A stretch of 64,000 nt of DNA from Burkholderiaceae bacterium (lineage in GTDB: Bacteria; Pseudomonadota; Gammaproteobacteria; Burkholderiales; Burkholderiaceae_B), in NCBI GenBank assembly GCA_965659885.1, contig CBFHXV010000004.1:5024-69023 (forward strand). The letters are read 5' to 3'. Made by a program: the position numbers and the translations under genes. Shown here in pieces: positions 41,565-51,242 of the stretch. Under the pieces are notes generated by a model. The model saw only the letters and a program-made list of their open reading frames with translations, was not told the DNA's origin and ran no database searches. Position 1 is the first letter of the stretch. The number at the start of each line of letters is the position of its first letter.

Positions 41565-42668
41565 TCAATTAAGTGGTTTCAGGTGCCAGTCCTGCTCGAA
41601 GTCAAAGAATTGAATCTCTTTGCCCTCGAGGTCCATCTTGGCCATGTCAATCATTTGTACCGATGGATTGCCGTGGGTGCGCAAGTAGAAGATCTTGTTT
41701 TTTAGGTCAGACACAGCTACCCAGTAAGTGATTTCAAAGCCGCTGCCACCCCCACCAAACCCACTGTCAGCCAGGCTGATGCTGCCAGGCGGGATGTCAA
41801 AATTATTCAAGAAATGAAACGCTGTTCCGACTTGTTGCTCGGTGGTTCTGTCTTTGGGGGCGTTTTGTTGCATGTAGAAGGCACGCACAAATCGCGATGG
41901 CGAAGAGAAGTCCCCGGGCACCCCCATCATGCCGTAGCCGGTACTCCAAGGACCGATGCTAGTGGCACCGAGCTCAATGGCGCCAGGCTCTTTAGCCGAC
42001 AGTCGCGTGTAATTGCCCAGATTGTTTAAGTGCCAACTAAATTGCGGTGCGTTGGTCAGAACCGACGTGGGATTATCTGAAATCTGTAATTCACCACCAA
42101 TGTACTCAATCACAATGCTTTTGCCGGTGGCATCGTGTAGGGTCAAGTGCAAGTCAACCACGCCTTTGAACAGCTTTTGTGGGGAACGATTGACCTTGAT
42201 TTGTTTGAAGCCCTCGCGCGCCTCATCGACCGTCGCAAAATTGGTCAGCGCGTAAACCAGCATTTCGTAGGAAGCAATCGAGTTGCCCGACTCGGCGGGT
42301 TCGACTTCCTGATACTCCGTGATCCCGGGCGCGTAGAGCATGCCACCGGCGAGGCCTTTTTCATTTAAGCCATCAACCACAATGGGCAGTCCAAGCGCAG
42401 CCGCGCCAATGGTGGCGTACTGCGTGGTCCACGACTTGCCCGAGCCTGACTTGCCATCGACGCCTGTGCCCTGCATCGACATGTTGCGTGGTATCGCAAT
42501 GCCACGCGAGTCGATATCCACACCGAATTCGAGGCTGCGGCCGTAGACATGACCGCCATCATTGCCCGAGAGCAAGAAGCTGGTGCAGGCTTGGGCGGCA
42601 ACTGGGCCTAGCGCCATGAGTGTCACCAACAGGCTTGCCAGCCAACGATTCGGGCGAATGCGGTTCAC
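41565..42668 (-). CDS. Exported Ntn hydrolase, choloylglycine hydrolase/penicillin V acylase family
   Basis: GTG at 42668 after AGGAGA; signal peptide ending AQA followed by CTSF (nucleophile Cys); GRSLEF, DGLNEKGL, VLTNAP, PGDFSSPSRFVRA. Confidence 0.85.
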   Translation of the reverse strand: MNRIRPNRWLASLLVTLMALGPVAAQACTSFLLSGNDGGHVYGRSLEFGVDIDSRGIAIPRNMSMQGTGVDGKSGSGKSWTTQYATIGAAALGLPIVVDGLNEKGLAGGMLYAPGITEYQEVEPAESGNSIASYEMLVYALTNFATVDEAREGFKQIKVNRSPQKLFKGVVDLHLTLHDATGKSIVIEYIGGELQISDNPTSVLTNAPQFSWHLNNLGNYTRLSAKEPGAIELGATSIGPWSTGYGMMGVPGDFSSPSRFVRAFYMQQNAPKDRTTEQQVGTAFHFLNNFDIPPGSISLADSGFGGGGSGFEITYWVAVSDLKNKIFYLRTHGNPSVQMIDMAKMDLEGKEIQFFDFEQDWHLKPLN

Positions 42669-42762
42669 GGGGTTTCTCCTTGTGGCAAACAACGAACTCA
42701 GACCATCGTTAGTTTAAGTCGAAACCGTGGCTTGGCGTGCGCCATACCCCACAAAATCGCTC

Positions 42763-43059
42763 TTATCCCCACTGCAAAATCTCTCGCACTCGCGTCATCA
42801 CCCACTGACACTCAAGCGTGCTTAAGTCTAGTGACAGCGCCGGCAGCCCGCGCTCGATTCGCTCAATAGCGTCATCTTGTGTAATGCCGAGTTGCCAGAC
42901 CTTATCCTTGGTTTTTTCTGTGAGAAGTTGAGCGAGATCTTCACACAGATCATGGCGGTCTTCGAGCCACTGCCGTGGTGGCGTGGGTCGGCGCTGGCCA
43001 TCGGGCGTATAAATAGCCAAAAACGAGGCGGGCACGTTGATTTGTCGGTCGGCGCTCAT
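42763..43059 (-). CDS. Small hypothetical protein
   Basis: 98-aa ORF starting 2 nt after the garD stop; QINVPASF and DLCEDLAQLL segments; function unknown. Confidence 0.55.
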   Translation of the reverse strand: MSADRQINVPASFLAIYTPDGQRRPTPPRQWLEDRHDLCEDLAQLLTEKTKDKVWQLGITQDDAIERIERGLPALSLDLSTLECQWVMTRVREILQWG

Positions 43060-43061
43060 GA

Positions 43062-44657
43062 TCAGGTTATAGGCGCCGGGTTAAAAAGCGCCAGGCTGTT
43101 TCTCAGTTGCCAGTGCTCAGCCCAAGTCTGTTGACCACTAGCCACTTTGAGGATGAGATGGAACATTTCCCAGCCCAGTGACTCGATGGTGTGCGATCCA
43201 TCGGCCACCTGGCCGGCGTTGACATCCATCAGGTCATGCCAGCGTTTGGCCAGGTCGCTGCGCGTGGCGACCTTAATGACCGGACAACCCGCCAGCCCAT
43301 AGGGGGTGCCGCGCCCCGTGGTGAAGATATGCAGGTTCATGCCCGCGGCCAGCTGCAGCGTGCCGCAAACAAAGTCACTGGCTGGTGTGGCGCTAAACAG
43401 CAAGCCACGCTGACCTTGGGTTCGTTGGCCAGGTGCCACCACGCCGGTAATGGGCGAGGAGCCGCTTTTACTGATTGAGCCCATGGCTTTTTCCACAATA
43501 TTGGAAAGTCCACCGCGTTTGTTGCCAGGCGTGGTGTTGGCGCTGCGGTCAACACCGCCACGTGCCAGATAGGCGTCATACCATTGCATTTGCTCTAGGA
43601 GCGCCTGTGCGACCTCTGGTGTGGCGGCCCGGGCCGTCAGTTGTGCAATCCCGTCACGCACTTCGGTGACTTCAGAGAACATGACCGTGGCGCCAGCTCT
43701 GACCAGGAGATCACTGGCAAACCCAAGCACGGGGTTGGCCGTGATGCCCGAGAATGCATCGCTGCCGCCACACTGCATGCCGATGACCAGTTCGCTAGCG
43801 GGCACCGTCTCACGTTGCCGCGCGTTCAGACGCTGCAGGTGTTGTTCGGCCTGGCGCATGATGTGTTCAATCATGCTGTGAAACCCAACGTGCTGTTTGT
43901 CTTGCAGGCAGACCACATCGAGGTCGCCCCAACGCTCATCGGCAATGCTGCCAACTTGCTCGGGGTGAATGCTGATGGATCCTTCGGGCATCAAGCGCTC
44001 GGGTTGGAGCTTCTCGCATCCAAGGCTCACCACCATGACTTCCCCCCCAAAATTGGGGTTTAGTGCGAGATGCCTTAGGGTTCGAATGGGGATATCCGCG
44101 CCAGGTGCATCGATGGCCACGCCACAGCCATAGGTGTGTTCCAGTGAAACCACGTCATCGACATTGGGGTACTTGGGCAGCAATGTCTCGCGTATTTGCT
44201 TGACGGCGAACTCGATCACGCCGCTGACGCACTGCACGGTTGAACTGATGGCCAGCACATTGCGTGTGCCGACACTGCCATCACGATTGCGATAGCCCTC
44301 GAAGGTATAGCCCTGCAACATGCCTTGGCTCGTGTGCTTCACGGTGGCCATTGGCAAGTCCTCTAGCGTGGGCGCCTCAGGCAATGCCAGCCGAGATTCA
44401 TGAATCCAGCTGCCTGCGGCAATGTCCTGCTTGGCCCAACCAATCACAACGTTGTAGCGTTTAACGGCCGCGCCTTGGGCGATATCGGTCAAGGCCACTT
44501 TGTGGCCTTGTGGCACCCGCTCGCGTAAGACCAACCCGTCCGACAAAACCGTGCCGGCGGCCAAGCCGCCATCGTTGCCAACGACGGCAACGTTGTCATG
44601 CGGATGCATCTGAATGGTGACGGGAGCAGGCGAACTACTGTCGGTGATCGTGTTCAT
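43062..44657 (-). CDS. garD: Galactarate dehydratase (SAF plus GarD/UxaA domains)
   Basis: DNVAVV/GHKVAL SAF domain, [54 protein letters not shown]. Confidence 0.88.
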   Translation of the reverse strand: MNTITDSSSPAPVTIQMHPHDNVAVVGNDGGLAAGTVLSDGLVLRERVPQGHKVALTDIAQGAAVKRYNVVIGWAKQDIAAGSWIHESRLALPEAPTLEDLPMATVKHTSQGMLQGYTFEGYRNRDGSVGTRNVLAISSTVQCVSGVIEFAVKQIRETLLPKYPNVDDVVSLEHTYGCGVAIDAPGADIPIRTLRHLALNPNFGGEVMVVSLGCEKLQPERLMPEGSISIHPEQVGSIADERWGDLDVVCLQDKQHVGFHSMIEHIMRQAEQHLQRLNARQRETVPASELVIGMQCGGSDAFSGITANPVLGFASDLLVRAGATVMFSEVTEVRDGIAQLTARAATPEVAQALLEQMQWYDAYLARGGVDRSANTTPGNKRGGLSNIVEKAMGSISKSGSSPITGVVAPGQRTQGQRGLLFSATPASDFVCGTLQLAAGMNLHIFTTGRGTPYGLAGCPVIKVATRSDLAKRWHDLMDVNAGQVADGSHTIESLGWEMFHLILKVASGQQTWAEHWQLRNSLALFNPAPIT

Positions 44658-44811
44658 GTGGGTGCGTGCGTTGTCAGAGTGCTATAAGCGTAAAGTGTTG
44701 CGTCACAATTGAACAGAGTTTCTTTTTCTCGAGATTTTGACGTCGTTTTATGGGTATGAATTGCTCAATACCCTTGGTTATTTCACCATTTGTTGCGGAT
44801 GTGTCAGGACC

Positions 44812-45486
44812 ATGTACTTGCCAAAGCATTTTGCTTGCCCGAACGCTGACGCCGCCACGTGGTTGATCAAGCACTACCCGCTGGCACAAATTGTCCGGCT
44901 TGAGTCTGACAACCAATGGGCTTGCGATCCCGTGCCGTTGCTCGCGAGTGACGGTTTGCAGGCGGGTGCCTGTCTGCTCGGGCATGTGGCGAGAGCCAAT
45001 GCGCTTTGGCAGCAAGAAGGTGCGGTGCTGTGCATTTTTTGTGGGCCACAGGCGTACATTTCGCCCAATGCTTATCCAGGCAAGCAAGAGCACCATCGTG
45101 TCGTGCCCACGTACAACTATGCGACAGTGCAGGTCAAAGGGCGCTTGCGTGCCATCGATGACGATGCTGGCAAACGGGCCATCATTACCGCGCTGACAGA
45201 TCATGCTGAACAATCGCAACCGGCGCCCTGGGCTGTAGATGATGCACCAGACGATTTCGTGCAAGCCAATTTGCGCGCCATTGTTGGCATCGAAATCGAG
45301 ATTGAGTCGTTCCAAGCCAAGTTCAAGTTAAGCCAGAACCGCAACCCGACCGATTACGCTGGTGTGTGTGACTACCTGAGTCAACAGGCCACCGATCAAA
45401 CTTCCAATCAAACCTCCGATAACAGCGCCGATAGCAACGCAGCCGCCATGCTAAAACTGATGCATACACGTTCTTCAAACCCATAA
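44812..45486 (+). CDS. PaiB-like FMN-binding split-barrel protein
   Basis: MYLPKHF, GHVARAN, GPQAYISP, VPTYNY, KFKLSQN. Confidence 0.85.
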   Translation: MYLPKHFACPNADAATWLIKHYPLAQIVRLESDNQWACDPVPLLASDGLQAGACLLGHVARANALWQQEGAVLCIFCGPQAYISPNAYPGKQEHHRVVPTYNYATVQVKGRLRAIDDDAGKRAIITALTDHAEQSQPAPWAVDDAPDDFVQANLRAIVGIEIEIESFQAKFKLSQNRNPTDYAGVCDYLSQQATDQTSNQTSDNSADSNAAAMLKLMHTRSSNP

Positions 45487-45510
45487 CCCGCGAACAGGGA
45501 GTCACGCTGC

Positions 45511-46473
45511 GTGGACGATTCACACTTGCCCAAGAGCTTGCAGGGCCTGGCATTGCCCGTCATTGCATCGCCGATGTTTACCGTGAGCTACCCTGAGTTG
45601 GTGCTCGCGCAATGCAAAGCGGGCATTGTGGGGTCGTTTCCGGCGCTAAACGCCCGGCCCGCCGAGCTACTCGAGACTTGGCTTGCGGACATGAACCGTG
45701 AGCTCTCACAATTCAAGGCCGAGCACCCAGACAAGCCCGTGGGGCCGATCGCGGTGAATCAAATTGTGCATGATTCCAACGTTCGTTTGATGCAGGATGT
45801 CGAGACTTGCGTCAAGCATCAGGTGCCCATCATGATCACGTCGTTGCGTGCGCCGGTGCCTGAAATCATCGATGCGGTTCATGCCTATGGAGGCATTGTG
45901 CTGCACGATGTCATCAACATGCGCCATGCGGCCAAGGCACTCGATGCCGGCGTTGATGGGCTGATTGTGGTGGCTGCCGGCGCGGGCGGCCATGCCGGCG
46001 CGCAGTCGCCATTTGCATTGGTCGGTGAGCTGCGCCGCCGCTATGACGGGCCTATTATCTTGTCTGGCGCCATTAGCACGGGCGCAGCAGTTCTAGCGGC
46101 TCAGGCCATGGGTGCTGACCTCGCCTACATGGGGACGCGGTTTATTGCGAGTCGTCAAGCCCATGCCGTCGATGACTACAAGCAGGCCATTGTGCGCGCG
46201 AGTGCATCAGACATCATCTACACCGACCTTTTTACCGGGGTGCGAGGCAACTACATCCGCGAGAGCATCGAGCGTGCCGGGCTTGACCCAGACAATCTAC
46301 CGGCCAACGAGACCGGCATGAATTTTTCTTCTGGCACCAGTAAACCTAAGAGCTGGAAAGACATCTGGGGCGCTGGACAAGGCGTTGGCCAGATTGACGA
46401 CGTGCCGACGGTCGCTGAGATTGTGGATCGCCTGGCCCAGGAGTATCAGGCCGCTCGCCGGCGGCTAGGTTAA
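45511..46473 (+). CDS. Nitronate monooxygenase / 2-nitropropane dioxygenase-family flavoprotein
   Basis: PVIASPMF, GSFPALNAR, GAGGHAG, AYMGTRFIA, WKDIWGAGQG. Confidence 0.88.
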   Translation: MDDSHLPKSLQGLALPVIASPMFTVSYPELVLAQCKAGIVGSFPALNARPAELLETWLADMNRELSQFKAEHPDKPVGPIAVNQIVHDSNVRLMQDVETCVKHQVPIMITSLRAPVPEIIDAVHAYGGIVLHDVINMRHAAKALDAGVDGLIVVAAGAGGHAGAQSPFALVGELRRRYDGPIILSGAISTGAAVLAAQAMGADLAYMGTRFIASRQAHAVDDYKQAIVRASASDIIYTDLFTGVRGNYIRESIERAGLDPDNLPANETGMNFSSGTSKPKSWKDIWGAGQGVGQIDDVPTVAEIVDRLAQEYQAARRRLG

Positions 46474-46507
46474 TTGGGTTGGCTGGCTGACTGACACGCA
46501 GGCAGTG

Positions 46508-47425
46508 TCAGGATGCAGGCTTGGGCTTGCGCGTAATGGATTGCACACTGATATGGGCCTCACCCTGTTGCTGTCGTATGGCGCCACGCCAGGCATGCCC
46601 GTAAGCCACTTCCAGCGTCAGGCGCAACTTGCCGTCTGAGCCGCGTGTGTCGTTTAGTGCCGCCAATAGACGATCAAGCCACTGGCGAGACGGCAGCGAT
46701 GCTTTTCTGGCCGGATTCGGGTTGCCGCCAAGCGCTCGTGCGTCATTGAGCAACGCCTGCGCACTGTCGTAGGTCAGCGTAATGGTTTCCTGGTCCATGA
46801 CGGGGTCAGCAAATCCCTGTTCAACCATGATGTCGCCCAAGTCGTGCATATCCACCAGCGGCAAAGTGGCTGTTTGCAGCTTGGCAGCAGCAAGCGCTTG
46901 TCTGATTTCTTGGCCCGAGGCAGGCCCCCAGCCACTGAAGAACACCAGGCCGTCGGGTCGCAATAGGCGCGACCACTCGCGCAGCACATCGTGCGGCGCA
47001 GGATGCCAGTGCAGTGCCAGATTGGACCAGACCAGGTCAACCGACTCCGGCGCCAAGCCGGTATCGGCTAAGTCAGCACAGACAACTTTGGGTTTGTTGG
47101 CAAGCTTTATTGGCGTGACCCATCGCTTCCACCACGGGGTGCCAGCGCCAGTTGTGCGCGACCGTGCTTGTTCGTTGTGATCCACCCCAATGATTTGTGC
47201 CTGAGGATAGCGTTGTGCCAACGCTTCAAATCGTGCCCCATGGCCACAGCCTGCATCCACGATGACCGCTGGGGCCAGGCGAATCAGCTTGAGCCGCTCA
47301 AGCATGCGTTGGGCAATTTCGCCGTAGAGAAACTCGGCGTCGGCAAGCTGGCCGCGCCGGGCAAATTGGCGCTGCACGTCGCGCGTACTGATCGACAGGT
47401 TTGATTGCTGTGGTGAGGTTGCCAT
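46508..47425 (-). CDS. BioC-like SAM-dependent methyltransferase
   Basis: VDAGCGHG, DLVWSNLALHW, DMHDLGD...GFADPVMD, EVAYGHAW; divergent from comF. Confidence 0.82.
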   Translation of the reverse strand: MATSPQQSNLSISTRDVQRQFARRGQLADAEFLYGEIAQRMLERLKLIRLAPAVIVDAGCGHGARFEALAQRYPQAQIIGVDHNEQARSRTTGAGTPWWKRWVTPIKLANKPKVVCADLADTGLAPESVDLVWSNLALHWHPAPHDVLREWSRLLRPDGLVFFSGWGPASGQEIRQALAAAKLQTATLPLVDMHDLGDIMVEQGFADPVMDQETITLTYDSAQALLNDARALGGNPNPARKASLPSRQWLDRLLAALNDTRGSDGKLRLTLEVAYGHAWRGAIRQQQGEAHISVQSITRKPKPAS

Positions 47426-47451
47426 GAGACGAATTTAACCACGTCTGTCTC

Positions 47452-48234
47452 GTGCACAATGCCACACCCATGATGAACCTCAATGCCTGCCAACACCTCC
47501 TCGGCCAGTGTATCCAGGTCACCCGACGCTGGCTGGCTTCGTTGCCTGACCGATTGCCCAGTGACTGCCCACTGTGCCGCTTGCCTGCGTTCGGTGGCCA
47601 TTTGTGCCACGGCTGTGAGGCAGACTTCTTCTGGCAGCGACAGCGTCGCAGCATTTGTGGTCGCTGCGCCAGCGATCTCGATGCGCAAGGTGTTTGCCAG
47701 GCCTGTGTGCAGGTGCCGCAGCCATGGCCGCTGCACTCGGTGGTCAGCGCGCTGGACTATGCCTTCGCTGGCCAAATGCTTATCAGCCGCTACAAGGCGG
47801 CGGGCAACTTGGCGTTAGCTCGACCACTGGCCCGGCTAATGGTTATGGCGGCACAGCGCAGCGCCAGGGCTCAAGCCCCCGTGGCGTGGGTGCCGATCCC
47901 GGCGAGCAAGCAACGGCTTGAGCAAACAGGCTTTAGCCCTGCCCAGCAACTGGCCAGATTCGTGGCTTTGCAAACCAACGCGGTTTGTCGGCCCTTGTGG
48001 CTGCAGCAGCTAGAGCCGACCACCCCCCATAAGCGTTTGGACCGGGTTGAACGTTGGCAGGCCGCAAAGGGGCGTTTCAGTGCACAGGGATTGCCTGCCG
48101 GGTGCGTGGTGGGGTTGGTAGACGACGTGATGACCACCGGCAGCACGCTTGTGGCGGCTGCGCATGCCCTTCGCAATGCCGGTGCCGGGCAGGTGGTGGC
48201 GCTCGTGGCCGCGCGTACGCCAAGGGGCGCTTGA
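47452..48234 (+). CDS. comF: ComF-family protein (Zn ribbons plus PRTase domain)
   Basis: CPLC, CHGC, CGRC, CQAC; VDDVMTTGST; start uncertain. Confidence 0.85.
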   Translation: MHNATPMMNLNACQHLLGQCIQVTRRWLASLPDRLPSDCPLCRLPAFGGHLCHGCEADFFWQRQRRSICGRCASDLDAQGVCQACVQVPQPWPLHSVVSALDYAFAGQMLISRYKAAGNLALARPLARLMVMAAQRSARAQAPVAWVPIPASKQRLEQTGFSPAQQLARFVALQTNAVCRPLWLQQLEPTTPHKRLDRVERWQAAKGRFSAQGLPAGCVVGLVDDVMTTGSTLVAAAHALRNAGAGQVVALVAARTPRGA

Positions 48235-48253
48235 ATCTGGCACAATCTCGACC

Positions 48254-48724
48254 ATGTTTCATGTCATCCTTGTAGAGCCCGAGATTCCGCCCAACACGGG
48301 CAATGCGATCCGGCTATGTGCCAATGTGGGTGCTCAATTGCACCTGGTGCGCCCGCTCGGGTTTGAGATTGACGACAGACGCCTGCGTCGAGCCGGGCTT
48401 GACTATCACGAGTACAGTCCGGTCCAGACACATGACTCTCTGGAACAGGCGCTGGCAGCCACGGGCGCACCAGCGCCACGCCAGTTTGCGTTGACCACCC
48501 GTGGCAAACGCTTAATGGGTGATGTGCGTTTTGAGCCTGGCGATGTGTTTGTATTTGGTCGCGAAACCGCTGGCTTGTCTGATGCGCAACGGGCTTTGTT
48601 TGAACCATCTCAGTGGATTCGTCTGCCCATGCGACCCGAGCAGCGCAGCCTGAATCTGTCAAATACCGTTGCTGTGGTGACTTATGAGGCTTGGCGGCAA
48701 CAGGGTTACGCCGGCGGGCAGTGA
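48254..48724 (+). CDS. trmL: tRNA (cytidine/uridine-2'-O)-methyltransferase
   Basis: EPEIPPNTGN, RRAGLDY, FGRETAGL, RSLNLSN, YEAWRQ. Confidence 0.95.
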   Translation: MFHVILVEPEIPPNTGNAIRLCANVGAQLHLVRPLGFEIDDRRLRRAGLDYHEYSPVQTHDSLEQALAATGAPAPRQFALTTRGKRLMGDVRFEPGDVFVFGRETAGLSDAQRALFEPSQWIRLPMRPEQRSLNLSNTVAVVTYEAWRQQGYAGGQ

Positions 48725-48737
48725 ACCACCAAACAAC

Positions 48738-49760
48738 CTATTCCTGAGTCGCTGAGCGGGCCATGAGCCGTGCGACCGCATGCGCAGGCGCCACACCGCC
48801 AAATAGCGTGTCACACACCGCCTCGGTGATGGGCATGTTGATGCCCATGGTGCTGGCTCTGGCCAGCACCGCACGAGCGCAACGTGCGCCCTCGGCCGTC
48901 ATGCCGTCGGCCAGGATTTGTTCTAGCGTCTCGCCCTGACCGATTCGCACACCGACTTGTCGGTTGCGTGACAGATCGCCTGTGGCGGTGAGCACCAGAT
49001 CGCCCACACCGGTCAGTCCCGCAAATGTTGAAGGCTGTGCGCCAAGCGCGACACCGAACCGCGTCATTTCTGCCAATCCACGCGTGATCAGGGCTGCTCT
49101 GGCATTGGCGCCAAGCCCCAAGCCATCGGAAATGCCACAGGCGATTGCCATGACATTTTTTAGTGCGCCGCCGACCTCAACGCCCATGACGTCCGGCGAG
49201 CCATATATCCGCATGTGCTCCGAATGAAAAACGTCGGTGGTTTGCTGCCTGAGTTCACGGCTATCGCTGGCGATGGTGAGCGCCACGGGCAGACCGCGAG
49301 CCACTTCTTTGGCAAACGACGGCCCAGACAGCACGCCCACAGCCAACGACAGACTGCCAAGCGGGGCTTGCACCATTTCATGGGGCAGCAGCCCCGTGTC
49401 GGCCGACAGACCCTTGCAAGTCCAGACGAGTCCTTTGATGTGGGCGCCCTGGGGCAGTGTGCTGGCGATGCGGGTGCATATGTCGACTAACCCGGCGATC
49501 GGCGTGGCAAGCACCAGCAGCCCATCTTGACTGGCATGCTGTAGTGCCCCGGCAAAATCCGACGTGAAGCTCAAGCTGCCAGGCAGCTCAATGCCAGGCA
49601 GGTAGCGATCATTGATGCGTTGACTCGCCATGGCGGCCATGGCCGTGTCTTGGCGACCCCACAGCATCACATCTGCGTGACGGCAGGCTGCAGCCGCTAG
49701 TGCGGTGCCCCAAGCGCCCGCGCCCAAGACTGAAACGGGGGTGCGGGTAGCCATCATCAC
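48738..49760 (-). CDS. gpsA: NAD(P)H-dependent glycerol-3-phosphate dehydrogenase
   Basis: GAGAWGTALA, SGPSFAKE, GALKNVMAIACG, GVGDLVLTATGDLSRN. Confidence 0.95.
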   Translation of the reverse strand: MMMATRTPVSVLGAGAWGTALAAAACRHADVMLWGRQDTAMAAMASQRINDRYLPGIELPGSLSFTSDFAGALQHASQDGLLVLATPIAGLVDICTRIASTLPQGAHIKGLVWTCKGLSADTGLLPHEMVQAPLGSLSLAVGVLSGPSFAKEVARGLPVALTIASDSRELRQQTTDVFHSEHMRIYGSPDVMGVEVGGALKNVMAIACGISDGLGLGANARAALITRGLAEMTRFGVALGAQPSTFAGLTGVGDLVLTATGDLSRNRQVGVRIGQGETLEQILADGMTAEGARCARAVLARASTMGINMPITEAVCDTLFGGVAPAHAVARLMARSATQE

Positions 49761-49798
49761 CTTGCCTGGTTTAGCGTTTTGTCGCGCTTTGTGGCGCT

Positions 49799-50332
49799 TT
49801 ATTGCTTGGTTGCGCCGGGCGGCAAAATAATGCCCGAATCGTTCTCGGCTTTGCCATCGGGCAGGTTGCCTTGCTCGGTGCCCTCATTGCCGGCCTGAGC
49901 TTGACGCTGTTGATACAGCGCCTGGAAGTTAACGTCGGTCAAGTGCAGTGGCGGCAAGGTCGTGCGCGTGATGGCGTCAGCCACGTTGGCGCGCAGATAC
50001 GGATACAGCATGGTCGGGCAAACAATGCCGAGCAAAGCGTCGATTTGCTCGGTTGGGATGTTGACCACCTCGAACACGCCACCCTGTGTGGCTTCCACCA
50101 GGTAGACGGTTTTGTCTTCGATTTTGGTGGTGACGGTCACGGTCACTGTGGACTCATACATGGTCTCGGCCAGCTTTTGTGCGCCGATACCGATGTTGAC
50201 CTCAACGGCCGGGGATGTTTGTTCCAGAAACACGTGCGGTGCATTGGGCACTTCAAGCGACAGATCTTTCAGATAGGCGCGCTGCAGGTTAAAGGTGGGG
50301 TTTTCGCTTGCTGCTGTGTTTTCTTCAGCCAT
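49799..50332 (-). CDS. secB: Protein export chaperone SecB
   Basis: QRAYLKDLSLEVPNAP, CPTMLYPYLR, NFQALY. Confidence 0.95.
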   Translation of the reverse strand: MAEENTAASENPTFNLQRAYLKDLSLEVPNAPHVFLEQTSPAVEVNIGIGAQKLAETMYESTVTVTVTTKIEDKTVYLVEATQGGVFEVVNIPTEQIDALLGIVCPTMLYPYLRANVADAITRTTLPPLHLTDVNFQALYQQRQAQAGNEGTEQGNLPDGKAENDSGIILPPGATKQ

Positions 50333-50367
50333 AAAAATTCCAGTCAGTTGGTGGTGTGGCGGGCCGA

Positions 50368-50634
50368 TTATTGGCCAGCCCCTTCAAGTAGCGGCACAAG
50401 ACCGCCGTCTCGGTCCAGTGCCGCAAGGTCATCATAACCGCCCACGTGGGTTTGACCGATGAAGATTTGCGGCACGGTCCTACGATTGGTCAGCGTCATC
50501 ATGGCCGAGCGTTGCTCGGGATCAGCATCGATGCGGATTTTTTCAATCTCGGTGACGCCGCGCTTGTTCAGTAACGCTTCAGCGCGCGTACAAAACGGGC
50601 AGTACCCTGTGGTGTACATCACGACCTTGTTCAT
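50368..50634 (-). CDS. grxC: Glutaredoxin 3
   Basis: CPFC, RTVPQIFIG, HVGGYDDL; ATG at 50634 after AAGGGGG. Confidence 0.93.
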   Translation of the reverse strand: MNKVVMYTTGYCPFCTRAEALLNKRGVTEIEKIRIDADPEQRSAMMTLTNRRTVPQIFIGQTHVGGYDDLAALDRDGGLVPLLEGAGQ

Positions 50635-50722
50635 GTGTCCCCCTTTTGACAAATGCAGTTTGCTTCGTGGTTGACCGGTGGTCATCAGCTCAAGCCCGTG
50701 GCCTGTCTGGCTACCATCAGAT

Positions 50723-51148
50723 TTACTTTCTCTTGGTGGACTTGGTAGAAGTCGGCAGGCCGGCCTGCGTCCATGCATTAATGCCGCCTTCGAGAACCAT
50801 CACACGCTCAAGGCCAGCTTTGCGCAGTTTGGCTGCGCCCCCGACGGCGATTTGCCCGCGGTCGCAAGCCACCACGATGGGCTTGTCTTTAGGTAGCTTG
50901 GCCGCTTTGTCAGCGAGTTCGGCCAGTGGAATGTTGCGCGACTGCGGGATATGGCCCTGCTGAAAGGTGCCCATCGGGCGAACGTCAACGATGACGGCAT
51001 CTTCATGGTTAATGAGCTGCACGGCCTGAGTGGTTGAGACGCTGCCCCCGGCACGGCCTCGCTGAATGGTAGGCCACAGAAGCATCAAGCCTGAGGACAC
51101 GGCAATGGCCACGAGCATCAGGTTGTCGGTTTGCAAAAAGAAATCCAC
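50723..51148 (-). CDS. Membrane-anchored single-domain rhodanese (YibN-like)
   Basis: N-terminal TM segment, VDVRP, GHIPQSRNIP, LEGGINAW; upstream of grxC-secB. Confidence 0.85.
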   Translation of the reverse strand: MDFFLQTDNLMLVAIAVSSGLMLLWPTIQRGRAGGSVSTTQAVQLINHEDAVIVDVRPMGTFQQGHIPQSRNIPLAELADKAAKLPKDKPIVVACDRGQIAVGGAAKLRKAGLERVMVLEGGINAWTQAGLPTSTKSTKRK

Positions 51149-51242
51149 GGTGTATGTTCGCTATGAAAGTTGGTGGTCCGGACAGGACCATTCGTGTGAT
51201 TATAAAATGACTACTTTAATTCAATAAAATTCACAAATAATC

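Noticed and set aside
39119-44657. Sulfolactate degradation module (SlcC-like dehydrogenase plus SuyAB-like lyase)
   Set aside because: The UxaA-family gene is a single full-length chain with GarD-type motifs rather than split SuyA/SuyB, and I saw no sulfite exporter or sulfonate transporter.
36889-46473. Intact genomic island or prophage at tRNA-Thr
   Set aside because: No integrase, att duplication or phage genes seen; most of the genes look like ordinary host metabolic genes.
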